A stretch of DNA of 64,000 bases, taken from positions 17,794,001-17,858,000 of the forward strand of contig NC_043000.1 in the NCBI RefSeq assembly GCF_006345805.1, in the 5' to 3' direction. The notes beneath the pieces were generated by a model that worked only from the letters and a program-made list of their open reading frames with translations, did no database searches and was not told where the DNA came from. A program made the position numbers and the translations under genes. Source of the DNA: Octopus sinensis (taxonomy: Eukaryota). Below, piece after piece: positions 1-13,051 of the stretch; position 1 is the stretch's first letter; each line of letters starts with the position of its first letter.

Positions 1-336
1 CAGCCCATCTGAGACTGTGCTAATTTGATACATATCATCATCATCATCATCATTTAATGTCCATTTTCCATGCTGGCATAAGTTGAATGGTTTGATAGGA
101 GCTGGCAGTGATGGGATCTACACCAGGCTCCAAAGTCTGTTTTGGCCAGGTCTCTACAGCTGGATGCTTTTTTCTTATGCCAGCCACTTTACAGAGTGTA
201 CAGCGTACTTTTTATGTGGCACCAGCACCAACAGGATCACCAAGTACCTTGCAAGACAAAAGCCCTTTTACTGGTAGTGGGGAGTAGCATTGAAGGGGTG
301 TGGCTTTATTTCGGTTGAGAAATTAAAGGTATAGAG

Positions 337-676
337 GGATAGGAGTGGCTGTGTGGTAAGTAGCTTGTTTACCAACCACATGGTTCCGGGTTCAGTCCCA
401 CTGCGTGGCACCTTGGGCAAGTGTCTTCTACTATAGCCTCGGGCCGACCAAAGCCTTGTGAGTGGATTTGGTAGACGGAAACTGAAAGAAGCCTGTTGTA
501 TATATGTATATATATATATGTGTGTGTCTGTGTTTGTCCCCCTAGCATTGTTTGACAACTGATGCTGGTGTGTTTACGTCCCCGTCACTTAGCGGTTCGG
601 CAAAAAGAGACCGATAGAATAAGTACTGGGCTTACAAAAGAATAAGTCCCGGGGTCGAGTTGCTCGATTAAAGGTG
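337..676 (+). mobile_element. SINE family A (tRNA-derived head, CORE-like segment, internal (TA/TG)n), 3'-truncated copy
   Basis: A-box TGGCTGTGTGGT, B-box GGTTCAGTCCC, then GTGGCACCTTGGGCAAGTGTCTT; about 20 related full or partial copies across the window. Confidence 0.85.
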
Positions 677-1158
677 TCTTGCAGTAGAGTAGATATATGG
701 ATACCCTCAGTTGGAAAAGAGAGTGAGTCAGAGATTAAGATAAAGAGAGTGATAGTGAGAGAGATGATGGCAAAGATGTGTCAAAGAACATTGGAGGTGG
801 TGAGAATAGGTGAGGTGATACAAGGTTTGAACTGGGTGAGTGGGCAGGATTGAGGTGACCATAGTAAATGATGGAGAGAAATACAGAAGATGCCTGGTAT
901 ATATGTGAGGGTGAAGGTTTCAATGGTGGAGAACAGCACATGAGAGAGAAGGTACAGAAAGGAGGTGATTGGTGGTTACAGTATGCGGACAGGCATCTGG
1001 AAGGGCATCCAGCTATAGAAATCATACCAAAGCAGACACTGGAGCAGACTGCAGATCTTGGAGCCACTGGATCCTTGTCAAACCGTCCAACCCATGCCAG
1101 CATAGGACATGGATACTAAATGATGATGATGATATATATACACATACATACATGCACA

Positions 1159-1445
1159 CATCATCATCATCATCGTTTAACGTCCGTTCGCCATGCTAGC
1201 ATGGGTTGGACGGTTCGACCGGGAATCTGGGAAGCCAGAAGGCTGCACCAGGCTCCGGTCTTATCTGGCAAATGTTTCTACAGTTGGATGCCCTTCCTAA
1301 CGCCAACCACTCCGAGAGTGTAGTGGGTGATTTTATGTGCCACCTGCACTGGTGCAAGGCGAGGCTGGCATCGGCCACGGTTGGATTGGTGCATTTTACG
1401 TGCCACCTGCACGGAAGCCAATCGAGGCGGCACTGGCTTTGGCCA
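1159..1445 (-). mobile_element. Repeat family D: retroposon 3' end with (GAT)n tail and internal ~60-66 bp units
   Basis: On the minus strand GTGGCACGTAAAA...TGGCGTTAGGAAGGGCATCCA...GGACGTTAAACGATGATG; related copies at 34-230, 991-1133, 11830-12010, 14010-14195, 22160-22420, 31271-31523, 32593-32846, 33005-33233. Confidence 0.8.
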
Positions 1446-1934
1446 ATACATACATACATAAACAAAAAAAAATAGTATATGTGTGTGTACATGTATAGAG
1501 GTATACACACAGCATATATCACTATATACACGTAAGTCTTAATATAATATATTCAATAATATATATGCGCACGTGTGTACCATGGTATTGAAGCAGAGTA
1601 GTGTCTGAATGAAGCCCTTAAAAAAAAAATTCATCACAGACAGTATAAAGTAACTCTTCTATATAGAAGGAAGAAATGGTTAATCATGGCTACGATTTCA
1701 AAACAGAGATAAAACATATGGACTCGGTTTGTAGCAGCCTAAATTCATCACACACACGCAGTATTTATTATATATAATAATATATTATTATATATATAAT
1801 ATGTATGTATAAAAAGGTAGGCAAATAAAATATTCAACATTGATGTTTGATGTCGCTTACGTGTTACAATACTAGTTGCTCTTAGTAAATAATCTGTCTG
1901 CAAAATAAAAGCTGCGTAAGAAGTTCCCTTGGCT

Positions 1935-1945
1935 CTGTGTGTGTG

Positions 1946-2005
<60 letters not shown>

Positions 2006-2402
2006 TATATATACATATATATGTATATGTATATATATATTATATATATATATATAATATATATATGTATATGTATATATACATATATATGTATAATATA
2101 TATATATGTATATATGTATGTATATATACATACATATTCATATATATATGTATATATGTATGTATATATACATACATATTCATATATATATGTATATATA
2201 CATATATATATATCTATGTATATACATATATATATATACATATATATATATATGTATAATATATATATGTATATACATATATATATATATGTATATATAT
2301 ATACATATATATATATATGTATATATATATATACATATATATTATATACATATATATGTATATATATATACATATATATATAATACATATATATATATAT
2401 AT

Positions 2403-2465
<63 letters not shown>
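1935..2465. repeat. Compound (TA)n/(TATG)n/(TACA)n microsatellite
   Basis: Directly visible; it generates the YI/IY-rich spurious ORFs. Confidence 0.97.
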
Positions 2466-2712
2466 TAGTAGGAGAAAATACCCTGAGATATATGTATTAA
2501 TCCAGCGATGTTTTACATACAAATCGCTTATTTGTGCTTTTTTATTTTCAAATGCATTTTCTTAATTTCTACATGCTTACGCTATCCTATAATAGTATTC
2601 TACTGCGGAAGTTCTTTTCCTTTTTCTTTCTCCCCTTCTCTTTCACTTTCCCTCTCTGTATCCTCTTCTCTCTATGTCTACTCCTCATTTTCCCGTCTCA
2701 TTTTATCTTATA

Positions 2713-3112
2713 CTAGCAGTATCGCCCGGCGTTGCTCGGGTTTGTAAGGGAAATAACTATAAAGCATTTTTAGAGAGTTATAGCCAAAAAATAGCAAAAA
2801 AAAAATGCATTAAAATGGAAAAAAAAACGATGGTAAATTTTTTTTTAAATCGTTGACTCATCGTAGACGTTTTTAGAGAGTTACTTCCCTTATATAATAG
2901 CGAAAAAATGCATTAAAATGGAAAAAAATGATGGTAAATTATTTTTAAAATCGTAGACTCATCGTAGACGCGCGCTAATACCCAGAAGGGCTCGATATGA
3001 ATCACGACTATAAGATACCCGCTTTTGGTTAAACTGCACCGCAAAATGTGGGAGTAGTTAGGAATCTAAATCGTAGGAGACAGACACACAACTTCACTTT
3101 TATATATAAAGA
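2713..3112 (-). mobile_element. Non-autonomous Helitron, 400 bp
   Basis: Minus strand begins TC (3112-3111) and ends CTAG (2716-2713), inserted between A and T with no TSD; hairpin CCCGAGCAACGCCGGG lies 8 nt before the CTAG; internal ~100-bp tandem duplication at about 2766-2970. Confidence 0.88.
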
Positions 3113-3406
3113 TTTCTCCTTTTTCTTTTCTCTCTTTCTTCTCCGCGCACCGCACTGTCTCAGTCAGAATGCTGATAATTTACCATTTCTTTTTACTTCA
3201 TAAGTATTTCGTTCTCATTTGAATAATGTTTCCCTTTTACAGATATAAACTTTACAGTTACATCATCTTATATATTTATTATTGTAATTGAGTTTTAATT
3301 TTTTCGTCTTAATTCATCCTCTTTTTGTATTTCAAGTTCCCCGATTTTATGTATGTATTGTCCCATCTATGTATAATAGTCCCTTGTGGATAATAAAAAA
3401 AATCAA

Positions 3407-3821
3407 GGCAATCTTTCGTCTCTAGTAGACCTTTCCGTCGATTTCCGTAAAAAATTTTTTTTTTACATATGGGCTTGCGGGAACTTTTGAAGTAATGAGA
3501 GCGAAAGAGACTAAGAGAAAGCGATTGTATGACGAGGGAAGTTCTTTTGAAGTTACCGTGCATGGGAAGCATTGATGTACATGTGTGTGTGTTTGATGGG
3601 GTGTGGGAGACAGACAGTATGTTGTGTAAGTGAAGTGCTTCTGTTAGTGTGTGTGAAGAGACAGAGTAATGTGTGAAAGAAAGAGATAACTGAAATTTTT
3701 TACTCGGTGTATGTGTATATGTATGTATATTACTTCAAAAGTTCCCGCAAGCCCATGTGTAAAAAAAAAAAAAAATTTTACGGAAATCGACGGAAAGGTC
3801 TACTAGAGACGAAAGATCGCC
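3407..3821. mobile_element. MITE with ~90-bp TIRs and 8-bp TSD (Merlin- or MULE-like)
   Basis: TIRs 3407-3496 and 3729-3821 are near-perfect reverse complements starting GGCAATC/GGCGATC; TSD AAAATCAA at 3399-3406 and 3822-3829. Confidence 0.85.
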
Positions 3822-4656
3822 AAAATCAAAAATCAATTTATTCTAATTGAGTTTATTACTGAACCTACATAAGTTTTTCCTTGCGTTGTATATTTCTTTT
3901 GTATACCATTTGCTAAGATAGAACTCTTAACCATTGAAGCGTAGGACCGATCTCTCACGCTTGTACGAACGTATCTGATTTTAAAAAAAATGTTTATTAA
4001 CTTTTTGTTTTTGGGATGGTAGTAGGAGAACTTAGATCATCTCTAGTTTCCTTTAAACTCCATTTTTCTGCTGTTATTTATTTTTAGTAATATACCATGC
4101 TCTGCAACTTTTCTTTTGTGTCTTAAGAACACTCCTCATGCTTTCAAAAACGATCCTTGTTTAAAATATTCAGGCCTCACCTCATCCTGCCGCACACGAA
4201 CTTGTCTTATTTTACGAAATTTGCTCTTTGTTACTCGTTTATAATTATATATTTATTTATACCATTATTTGTTAGTAGGAGAATTAGTTATGGGAGTTCC
4301 AAGTTGGCTATGATGCAAGTAAGGCCTATCAAAGACATTCCAGCTGCGACCATCCTATCTTAATTTTTTTTTTTTTCACCAGACATTATGTATATGAACA
4401 TTATCCACTGTCCGCTTTACAGACGATAAGATGTGAACTGAGATAAGATATGACCCCTATTTCTAGCAGGTCAAGCGAACTGACTCACATTTTTCTTCCC
4501 ATACATTCTACATACAGCCCCGTTGTGCTATTTACATTATGCATGAATGAAACAATTTAAAACGTCGTACACACAATCACAAAACATAGTATGTTTCGTA
4601 GGATTTTTATGGTCTATGCCTCTCTCACCGTCTCTCTCTCATTCTCTGTGTATGTA

Positions 4657-4690
<34 letters not shown>

Positions 4691-4778
4691 GGCGATCTAC
4701 CACAAGTCAGTGAGGGAGCCTGTACGTCGCTTGCCTACTTGCCAGAAATAGCAGCCAATTCTCTGAAATCACACCCCT

Positions 4779-4849
4779 ATCTAGGACTACACTGTGTTCG
4801 TCCCTATATTAGGATATAATATAGGGACGAACATAGTGTAGTCCTAGAT
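4779..4849. repeat. Near-perfect 33-bp inverted repeat with 5-nt loop
   Basis: Arms 4779-4811 and 4817-4849 match at 32/33; loop GGATA. Confidence 0.92.
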
Positions 4850-5762
4850 TCTCCCTAAAAAGGACAGATGAATAATTCATCGTGTCTGGGATTTCTTTTG
4901 ATCATAACATCTACGCAATTCCGGCAGATTTGGTGTTAAATACCTAAAACACAGACAGCCCCTTTCTACTTCTGTATTTCATTTTGTAATTAGTATGCAT
5001 ATTGAAATGATTCGTTATGATATTTTAACGAATTATAGATCCCCACATCATGCAGATGGTGAATGTATTTCAAATATTATTGAATATTATGAAAATATAA
5101 TTTAAATATTCAAAACATGATAGGGTGCAAAATAAAAAAATAAAAAATGACCCACTTATAGTAAATATTGAAAAATGAGTCGTAAAGAAAATTAGGGCAT
5201 AGCTGTATATAATTATATATTATACATTGTATGTGCATGAATTGCAATTAAACCCCTTGTATACATACATTCACATTATCAGCGCTTCTAGTAAGTTATA
5301 TTATTTGTGATAATTGTATGCATATTAATATATTCTTAGAGTAGATCATACACGTTTATAGTGCAATTAAGAAACTGTTTCCAGTGGAGCACCACACACG
5401 CATCTTTACAGAAAAAAAGGGGCTTGAAGGGAAGTAACTCAAGTAGATTAGTGTCATGAATTTTGGGTGCGTTAAGTAGGCTGTGATGTCTTGAGAGATG
5501 TACATAAAAAAGAATCTATTGGAAATTGTTTTTGAATTTCTGCTAAAAGAGAGGAGGATTTTAAGAAATTAAAAATTACTCAAACAGAAAACTGAATTTT
5601 CACTTTTAGAGGGAGAAAGGTGTTCATTACTAGTTGGCAAGGTGAGATAACTAGGATCTGTTTTGGTCTTATTAGCCCTCATCAGCAAGACCTAGTCTTT
5701 TCAAATTTGTTTTGATCGGTTGATAGAGATTGTGATTAGTAAGTCTTACGAAGATTATTATT

Positions 5763-5995
5763 AAGGCGGCGAGTTGGCGGGACTGTTAGCTCGCTGAACG
5801 AAATGCTAAGCGGTATTTCGTTCGCCGCTACGTTCTGAGTTCAAATTCCGCCGAAGTCGACTTTGCCTTTCATCCTTTCGGGGTCGATTAAATAAGTACC
5901 AGTTACGCACTGGGGTCGATATAATCGACTTAATCGTTTGTCTGTCCTTGTTTGTCCTCTCTGTGTTTAGCCCCTTGTGGGTAGTAAAGAAATAG
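5763..5995 (+). mobile_element. SINE family C (tRNA-like head, central GTCGACTTTGCCTTTCATCCTTTCGGGGTCGA domain)
   Basis: B-box GAGTTCAAATTCC; near-identical copies at 14566-14795 (-) and 56922-57156 (+), partial copies at 9235-9320, 23283-23375, 30704-30842, 47540-47670. Confidence 0.85.
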
Positions 5996-6152
5996 ATATT
6001 TCGTCTGGCACCACGACTTTACCTCTCATCGTTTCAGGGTTGGTAAATTAAGTACTAGTTGAACACTCGGATCCCTGTAACTGACACATCCCCTCCCTCA
6101 AAGTGGCTGCCCTTGTGGAAAAATTTGAAACCATTTTATTATTATTATTATT

Positions 6153-6700
6153 GAGTGAGAGAGCAGTTCATGCCATCAAAGTGACACTGGGGTAAAATAT
6201 ACGAAGCCCAATATATCCATCATGACTACCCGTCTGATAAGGGTACACCAGGCACATGCATCACAACCATATGTGCGCGACATTGTGATCTCATATCAAG
6301 GTAAACAGCGCATGACCTTGCAGGTGGGGCCCAGTTAGAATTTTTTTCAGGTCGAGTAGCCCATCCCGCTCAAAAGGTCCCTGAATAAGGGTTGTTTAAG
6401 GATGTTGAAAGAACCACCCATGTTTCCAGAGGTGAATTATTCAAACCCCAAAGAATCCCTCTCAACACATGGCTATGATGCTACCCCACTACTTCTGCTC
6501 GTGATCAGAGATGCACATATCGTCAGCCACTGAGGGACAGGCTCAACTGGTTAAGGTCAAACAACTGACAAGCAAATCTGTGGTATTGAGCAGAATATTT
6601 GCAGGTAGCCCATCTTTTATACCAAGACAAAACAATGTACATGATAACACTTCCAATCAGTTAAGATCAGAAGCCATGAGAGCCACTGCCTGGTACTACA
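6153..6700 (-). mobile_element. Family E: ~550-bp non-coding element embedded in a (TAA)n tract, copy 1
   Basis: Flanked by (TTA)n on both sides; reverse complement aligns end to end with 49116-49671; strand is defined relative to that copy. Confidence 0.8.
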
Positions 6701-7268
6701 TTATTATTATTATTATTATTATTATTTTACATAATTACAGACAGTGAGTTGAGGTTTTCATCTGTGACATGAATTTAGATAATACAAGTGGGTGATGATG
6801 TATTGATTGACGTATGCAAAAAAATAAAAAATGGAGTAAAAACTAATTAAAAGATTTGCCTTTCAGATGGAAAGACACACATACACACACATTCTTTTAC
6901 TTGTTTCAGTCATTTGACTGCGGCCATGCTGGAGCACTGCCTTTTTATCTAATTTTATATGTACATATAAAATTATACATACACATGTATACATATACAT
7001 ATGTATATCTACATATATGAAACATATACAGTGTACATTTATATCTATATACACAGAAATATATGTGTATATAAATATACTGCGTATGTAAGAAAATAAG
7101 CCTCGTATTGGGTGCTGCTTTATATTTTCCTGAAAACAAATCTTCCAGTCACTGCCTCTCTTAAACCCATATCCTAGAACAGCTATCTTAACTCTGTAGG
7201 ATACAGAATTTGTAATGAATTCGCATATACATCCAGCCACACACACCTGCGTATACATACATATTATA

Positions 7269-7663
7269 GGCGCAGGAGTGGCTGTGTGGTAAGTAGCTTG
7301 TTTACCAACCACATGGTTCCGGGTTCAGTCCCACTGCGTGGCACCTTGGGCAAGTGTCTTCTACTATAGCCTCGGGCCGACCAATGCCTTGTGAGTGGAT
7401 TTGGTAGACGGAAACTGAAAGAAGCCTGTCGTATATATGTATATATATATATTTGTGTGTCTGTGTTGGTCCCCCTAGCATTGCTTGACAACCGATGCTG
7501 GTGTGTTTATGTCCCCGTTACTTAGCGGTTCGGCAAAAAGAGACCGATAGCATAAGTACTGGGCTCACAAAAAAATAAGTCCCGGGGTCGAGTTGCTCGA
7601 CCAAAGGCGGTGCTCCAGCATGGCCGCAGTCAAATGACTGAAACAAGTAAAAGAGTAAAGAGT
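7269..7663 (+). mobile_element. SINE family A, full length
   Basis: GGCGCAGGAGTGGCTGTGTGG head through GAAACAAGTAAAAGAGTAAAGAG tail. Confidence 0.88.
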
Positions 7664-8159
7664 ATATATACACACTCACACAGTTTAGCTCATTGAACAC
7701 CCAAGAGAAAATGGTAAACAGCTGCGAGGAATAGACATTTTGTTACATACACACAGACACTCACATGCGCACATACACTAACGCACACATTCACATACAC
7801 ATAGTTGTACGTTAGTATGGTGTGTTGTTCATGTGTGTGTGTGTCTTAATTTTTATTAGTTCTTGTACTTTTAGAGTGGGAATTTAAATATGTTTGTTTA
7901 CTGTATTAATTTCACAGTTCTGTGTGGTTATCTATGCGTGTGCCTATGTGTGCTAGCGTGTAATATGGAAATAAACGTGATATATATGACGTGTGTAGAG
8001 GTGTGAAATTTTATCCCTTCTGATGTTTGTTTGATTCGTGTTTTTCTCTTCAGTTCAAAATATATATATGAGAAAACTCATAGGGTTAAGTGATGGTAAA
8101 CAGTAATATAAAACACTAGAATTAGAGGATGTGATGGTGGAAGCAACAGTAGTGGTGGT

Positions 8160-8215
8160 GGTGTGTGTGTGTATCTGTCTATCTATCTATATATCTATCT
8201 ATCCATCTATTTCTG

Positions 8216-8262
<47 letters not shown>

Positions 8263-8373
8263 GCCTATCTATCTATCTATCTATCTATCTGCCTGTCTAT
8301 CTATCTGTATGTCTATGTCTGTCTGTCTATCTATCTATCTATCCATCTGCCTGTCTATCTATCTGTATGTCTA

Positions 8374-8424
<51 letters not shown>

Positions 8425-8428
8425 ATAT

Positions 8429-8484
<56 letters not shown>

Positions 8485-8500
8485 ATTATATACATACATA
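8160..8500. repeat. Compound (TG)n/(TCTA)n/(TC)n/(TA)n microsatellite
   Basis: Directly visible. Confidence 0.97.
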
Positions 8501-8736
8501 GACCCCCCCATAACTTAATGGTTTGGAAAAGAAAGCCCAAAAGAATAAGTACTGGGCTTAAAAATAAATCATGGGGTTGATTTGTTTGACTTTAAAAACC
8601 CTTCAATGTGGTGCTCCAGCATGGCCGCAGTCAAATGACAAACAAGTTAAAGAACAGACACATTACATATATGCATACTTGCTTTAGACATAGGCTGTGG
8701 CACTGCCGTTTATATATCTATATAGCAGTTCAGCAA

Positions 8737-8786
<50 letters not shown>

Positions 8787-9325
8787 AGTCATCCGATCCG
8801 TTAGAAAGAACAGCCAAATCTTGCTCATGTGATGCTAAACTATCTTTAAAAAAAGAAGGAAGGAAGGTTTAGTGTGCAAGAAGTTATGTTGGGATGCTCA
8901 TGACTGGAGTGTCTCTACTGTAAGGTAGGTCTATCATCTACTTGATCAGGAACAACCAGCAACAGCAACAAGTTCAGTGAAGTACAGAAGTACATTCTCT
9001 GAAGAAAGAGAGGCCGACTGGGAGGAGAACGAATGAGAGGTGGGGGTCCTGTCTGTAACACGAGAACTGCTCTCTCTTCACAGCAGAGTAACTTGGTCTA
9101 CTCTGTGAACTTCTGAGAAGAGCAACATCATTATATATGAAATGTAGAAGTATTTGTCATGCTGAGAAAATAAACGTGTTTAGAATAGCAGAATTTGTTG
9201 TGTGTTTATGCCTGTAAGTATTTAGTTATGAACCTCGATATTCTGAGTTCAAATCCCATTGTGGTTAACTTTGCTTTTCATCCTTCCAGAGTCAATATAA
9301 TGAAATATGAGTCAAGTATTGTTGT

Positions 9326-9731
9326 ACTCTCTTTACTCTTTTACTTGTTTCAGTCATTTGACTGCGGCCATGCTGGAGCACCGCCTTTAGTCGAGCAAAT
9401 CGACCCCAGGACTTATTCTTTGTAAGCCCAGTACTTATTCTATCGGTCTCTTTTTGCCGAACCACTAAGTGACGGGGACGTAAACACACCGGCATCGGTT
9501 GTCAAGCAATGCCAGGGGAACAAACACAGACACACAAACACACACACATACATATATATACATATATACGACAGGCTTCTTTCAGTTTCCGTCTACCAAA
9601 TCCACTCACAAGGCATTGGTCGGCCCGGGGCTATAGCAATAGACACTTGCCCAAGATGCCGCGCAGCGGGATTGAACCCGGATCCATGTGGTTGGTTAGC
9701 AAGCTACTTACCACACAGCCACTCCTGCGCC
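9326..9731 (-). mobile_element. SINE family A, full length
   Basis: Reverse complement of the 7269-7663 consensus. Confidence 0.88.
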
Positions 9732-9881
9732 TGTAGTTATAATATTTATAAAACATCCTGGATAGGAATGGAATTATAATGGGAGACCTACCAGCTGTTT
9801 AACTGTTCCACAAGTTGTTAAGTGGTGCAGTCAACATTAGTGAGATTCAATCTCAGATTAGTAACTCTTTAGTGTTTAAAC

Positions 9882-10559
9882 TAGTGGTTCTCAACCGGGG
9901 TCCATATAAGATTTTGTAGGGCCCACACAACAAAATAGAACATTCAAGATCCACAATATTATTTTAAAAGCCCCTGAAAAACTTTTGCTTCTAGAAGTAT
10001 TCTTTTACTTGTTTCAGTCATTTGATTGTGGCCATGCTAGAGCAATGCCTTTAGTCAAGGAATCAACCCCAGGACTTATTCTTTGTAAGCCTAGTACTTA
10101 TTCTGTCAGTCTCTTTTGCCGAACTGCTAAGTTACAGGGATGTAAACACACCAGCATCGGTTGTCAAGCGATGTTGGGTTGGGGACGAACATAGACACAA
10201 ACACACACATATATATACATATACATATATATGACGGGCTTCTTTCAGTTTCTGTCTACCAAATCCACTCACAAGGCTTTGGTCGGACCAAGGCTATAGT
10301 AGAAGACATTTGCCCAAGGTGCCACGCAGTGGGACTGAACCCGGAACCATGTGGTTGGTAAGCTAGCTACTTTGGTATGTATTACAAGAAACAGCAAGGT
10401 TCCTTTCTCTAACATTTTACATAGTTCAGCCTACACAAGTCAATGTGTAAAAAACAAAAGGTGAATTTTGAAAAATGTTTCTGTAAGACATCGAATGGCT
10501 CCACCACAATAAATTAGTAATCAAAGGGTCCATGGGTAAAAATTGGTTGAGAAGTCTTA
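9882..10559. mobile_element. hAT MITE with a nested SINE A (about 10001-10372, minus)
   Basis: TIR TAGTGGTTCTCAACC / GGTTGAGAAGTCTTA; perfect 8-bp TSD GTTTAAAC at 9874-9881 and 10560-10567; body matches 23901-24240. Confidence 0.85.
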
Positions 10560-12029
10560 GTTTAAACCATCCTTATCTGGCCAAAATATTTTACCTGTTT
10601 TACATTCAAACCAGCCAGATCTGGCTTCTCATACCAACCTTACAATGATCACTGGCATTTGTGCTGTGAACATCCCGTCATTTATTCAGGCAAGACCTCA
10701 TTATCTAATACAAGTATGGGCAACCTTTCTTGAGAAGCAGGACACACAAGACATGGCTCATCATTACACGGGCTGCATTGCTAAAAAAATTCAAGTTGTT
10801 GAAGGTGCCATTGAGAAAGTCTATCTGGCTGTAGTTTATCCATGATTAATCTAATGTGTACTTCTCCTTTGAGGTAGGGAAATGTGATTTGACGACAATT
10901 TGGATGCTGTTTTTAGTTAGTCCATTGAGCAAACAGCTGCAACAATTGTTTCTGATATAGGCATCTGGCCAGAAGTTTTGAGGAGAAGGGGTTAGTTGAT
11001 ACCAGCACTGTCTCATTACAGAAATATAGACTGGGTTACATAGAAGGACGTATTATCATCATCATTGCCACTGCTATAGTTTTAACATGCTTCTATCATT
11101 CATAAGCATGCCGCTGATGTTTTTCAGCCAGCATAGATTCACCATTCACATTACTTATCCAGGTGTAGTTAATGAGTTTGCTTCTCAACCACATGACACC
11201 GCGTTCAGTCCTGCTGTGTGGCACCTTGGGCAAATGTCTTTTACTATACTCTCAGGACGACCAAAGCCTTGTGAATGAATTTGGTAGACAGAAACTGAAA
11301 GAAGCGTCATGTGTGTGTGAGTTAACCTAGCAAAATAACCTGCTTGATAACCAGTGTTGGTTTGTTTATGTCCCTGTAAACTTAGTGGTTTGGCAAAAGA
11401 GACTGAGAGAATAAATACCAGGCTTTAAAAAAATAAGTACTGGGGTCACATTTCGTTAAAAACAAATTCTTCAAGGTGATGCCCCAACATCGCAGTTTAC
11501 TGACTGAAACAAGTTCAATATAAAAGATATAGTTTCATTCGAGTCTATTGAATTACCTGGAACATACCTTAACCATCAAGGTACACCTGATGAAACTTGA
11601 TATTGTGTTGGTTCTACACTGGACTGAAATATGACATATCTGGTGTGACACACCTGTCATTTGTTGATGTTCTTGATTTACCCCCATGTCAGCCCTATTC
11701 CAGAAAATATATGATCAATGACATTCCAGCCATGACCACTCTGTTATTCAAATATATCATTGGTTGGCGTTTGGCTTCTAGTTGTAAAAACCATGCCAAA
11801 ACTGACCTCGTCTATGCTTGTGCTATGTAAAAAGCTCTGTCTTCTCTGGTGGGTGGTTTTGTGTTAGGAAGGGCATCCAGCCTTAAAAACCCTGCTAAAA
11901 CAGACACAGAAGTCTGGTGCAGGTTCGTGCCTGGCCGGCTCCTGTCAAACCATCCAAACCATGATGGCATGAAAGGCGGACATTGGTGATGGTGATGATG
12001 ATAATGATCATTGCTTGCACTTCCACATG

Positions 12030-12450
12030 CCTGCCCAGGCATAGTTTGTTTCCCAACCACATGATTCTGAGTTCAGTTCTACTGTGTGACACCCTAAACA
12101 AGTGTCTTCTATTGCAGCTATAGACCAACCAAAGCTTTGTGAGTGGATTCAGTAGATGAAAGTTGAAAAAAGCTTGTCTCTTTCTCTCTTACACACACAC
12201 GCACAAACATATGCATATATATGCAAGAATGTGTGAGTTGGTGTCTTCTTTCATTACCTCATGTGACAATGGCAAATGAGTGTTACCATCATACAACAGT
12301 ATTCTTCAATTCCAGTCTTTCATGAAAACATGTCTGGTGAGGGTTTGTGGCAGGAAGGACATATCGCTATAGAAAATCTACCTCAAGAAATTCCTTCCAA
12401 CCCATGTAAGCATGGGAAAGTGTGTGTTAAAACAATGATAATAATGATGA
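12030..12450 (+). mobile_element. SINE with A-type head and an alternative 3' half ending in the D-type (GAT)n tail
   Basis: A head, then microsatellite, then GAGTGTTACCATCATACAA...GGAAGGAC...CATGGGAAAG...ATGATA; similar arrangement at 14200-14490. Confidence 0.6.
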
Positions 12451-13051
12451 TGATGGTGGTGGTGGTGGTGATGGTGGTAATGATGATGATGATGACGACG
12501 ATGACAGCGATGATGATGATCATCAACATTGTCATCACCACCACCACCATCATCATTATTATCAATGTTTTAACACGCTTTTCCATGCTTCATTGAATAT
12601 CCAAGGCTACGTTGTTTAAGGTGTTCTCTCCGTTTCCAGATGATAGGGTAGAATTTGGGGGGAAAATATGGTTGCTTTTACTTGCAGGTTGAGCAGCCAT
12701 GTAAAGATTTCCTTGTTGGCTTATATATATATATATCTGTGAGTCATTCCAGAATGATCAATCATCTAGATTTATGCTGTAGGTCAGAAGATCAAGCTGT
12801 GATAACTGGGTTAATCAACAACAACTTAACTGTACTGTTTATACTGTTACTCTAGTGCTCTTCAAGTATTTATTTACATTGTTTATTTACTATCTACCTA
12901 CTTTAGTACACACCTAATATGAATAAATTGGCTGTACTATCTAGATAACCTCTTTTTTACATTAAGCAAAATGATATCCCTAATATTGTGAAAATCTGTG
13001 TCTTGTCACTGAGTGTGTGCACACATTTAAAACACTCTGTAGTTCAACTGA

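Noticed and set aside
1748-2522. Long ORFs rich in Y/I/C/V/H (also at 34.8-35.4, 43.4-44.3 and 63.1-63.6 kb)
   Set aside because: Translations of (TA)n/(TG)n/(CA)n arrays, which lack stop codons; no coding signal.
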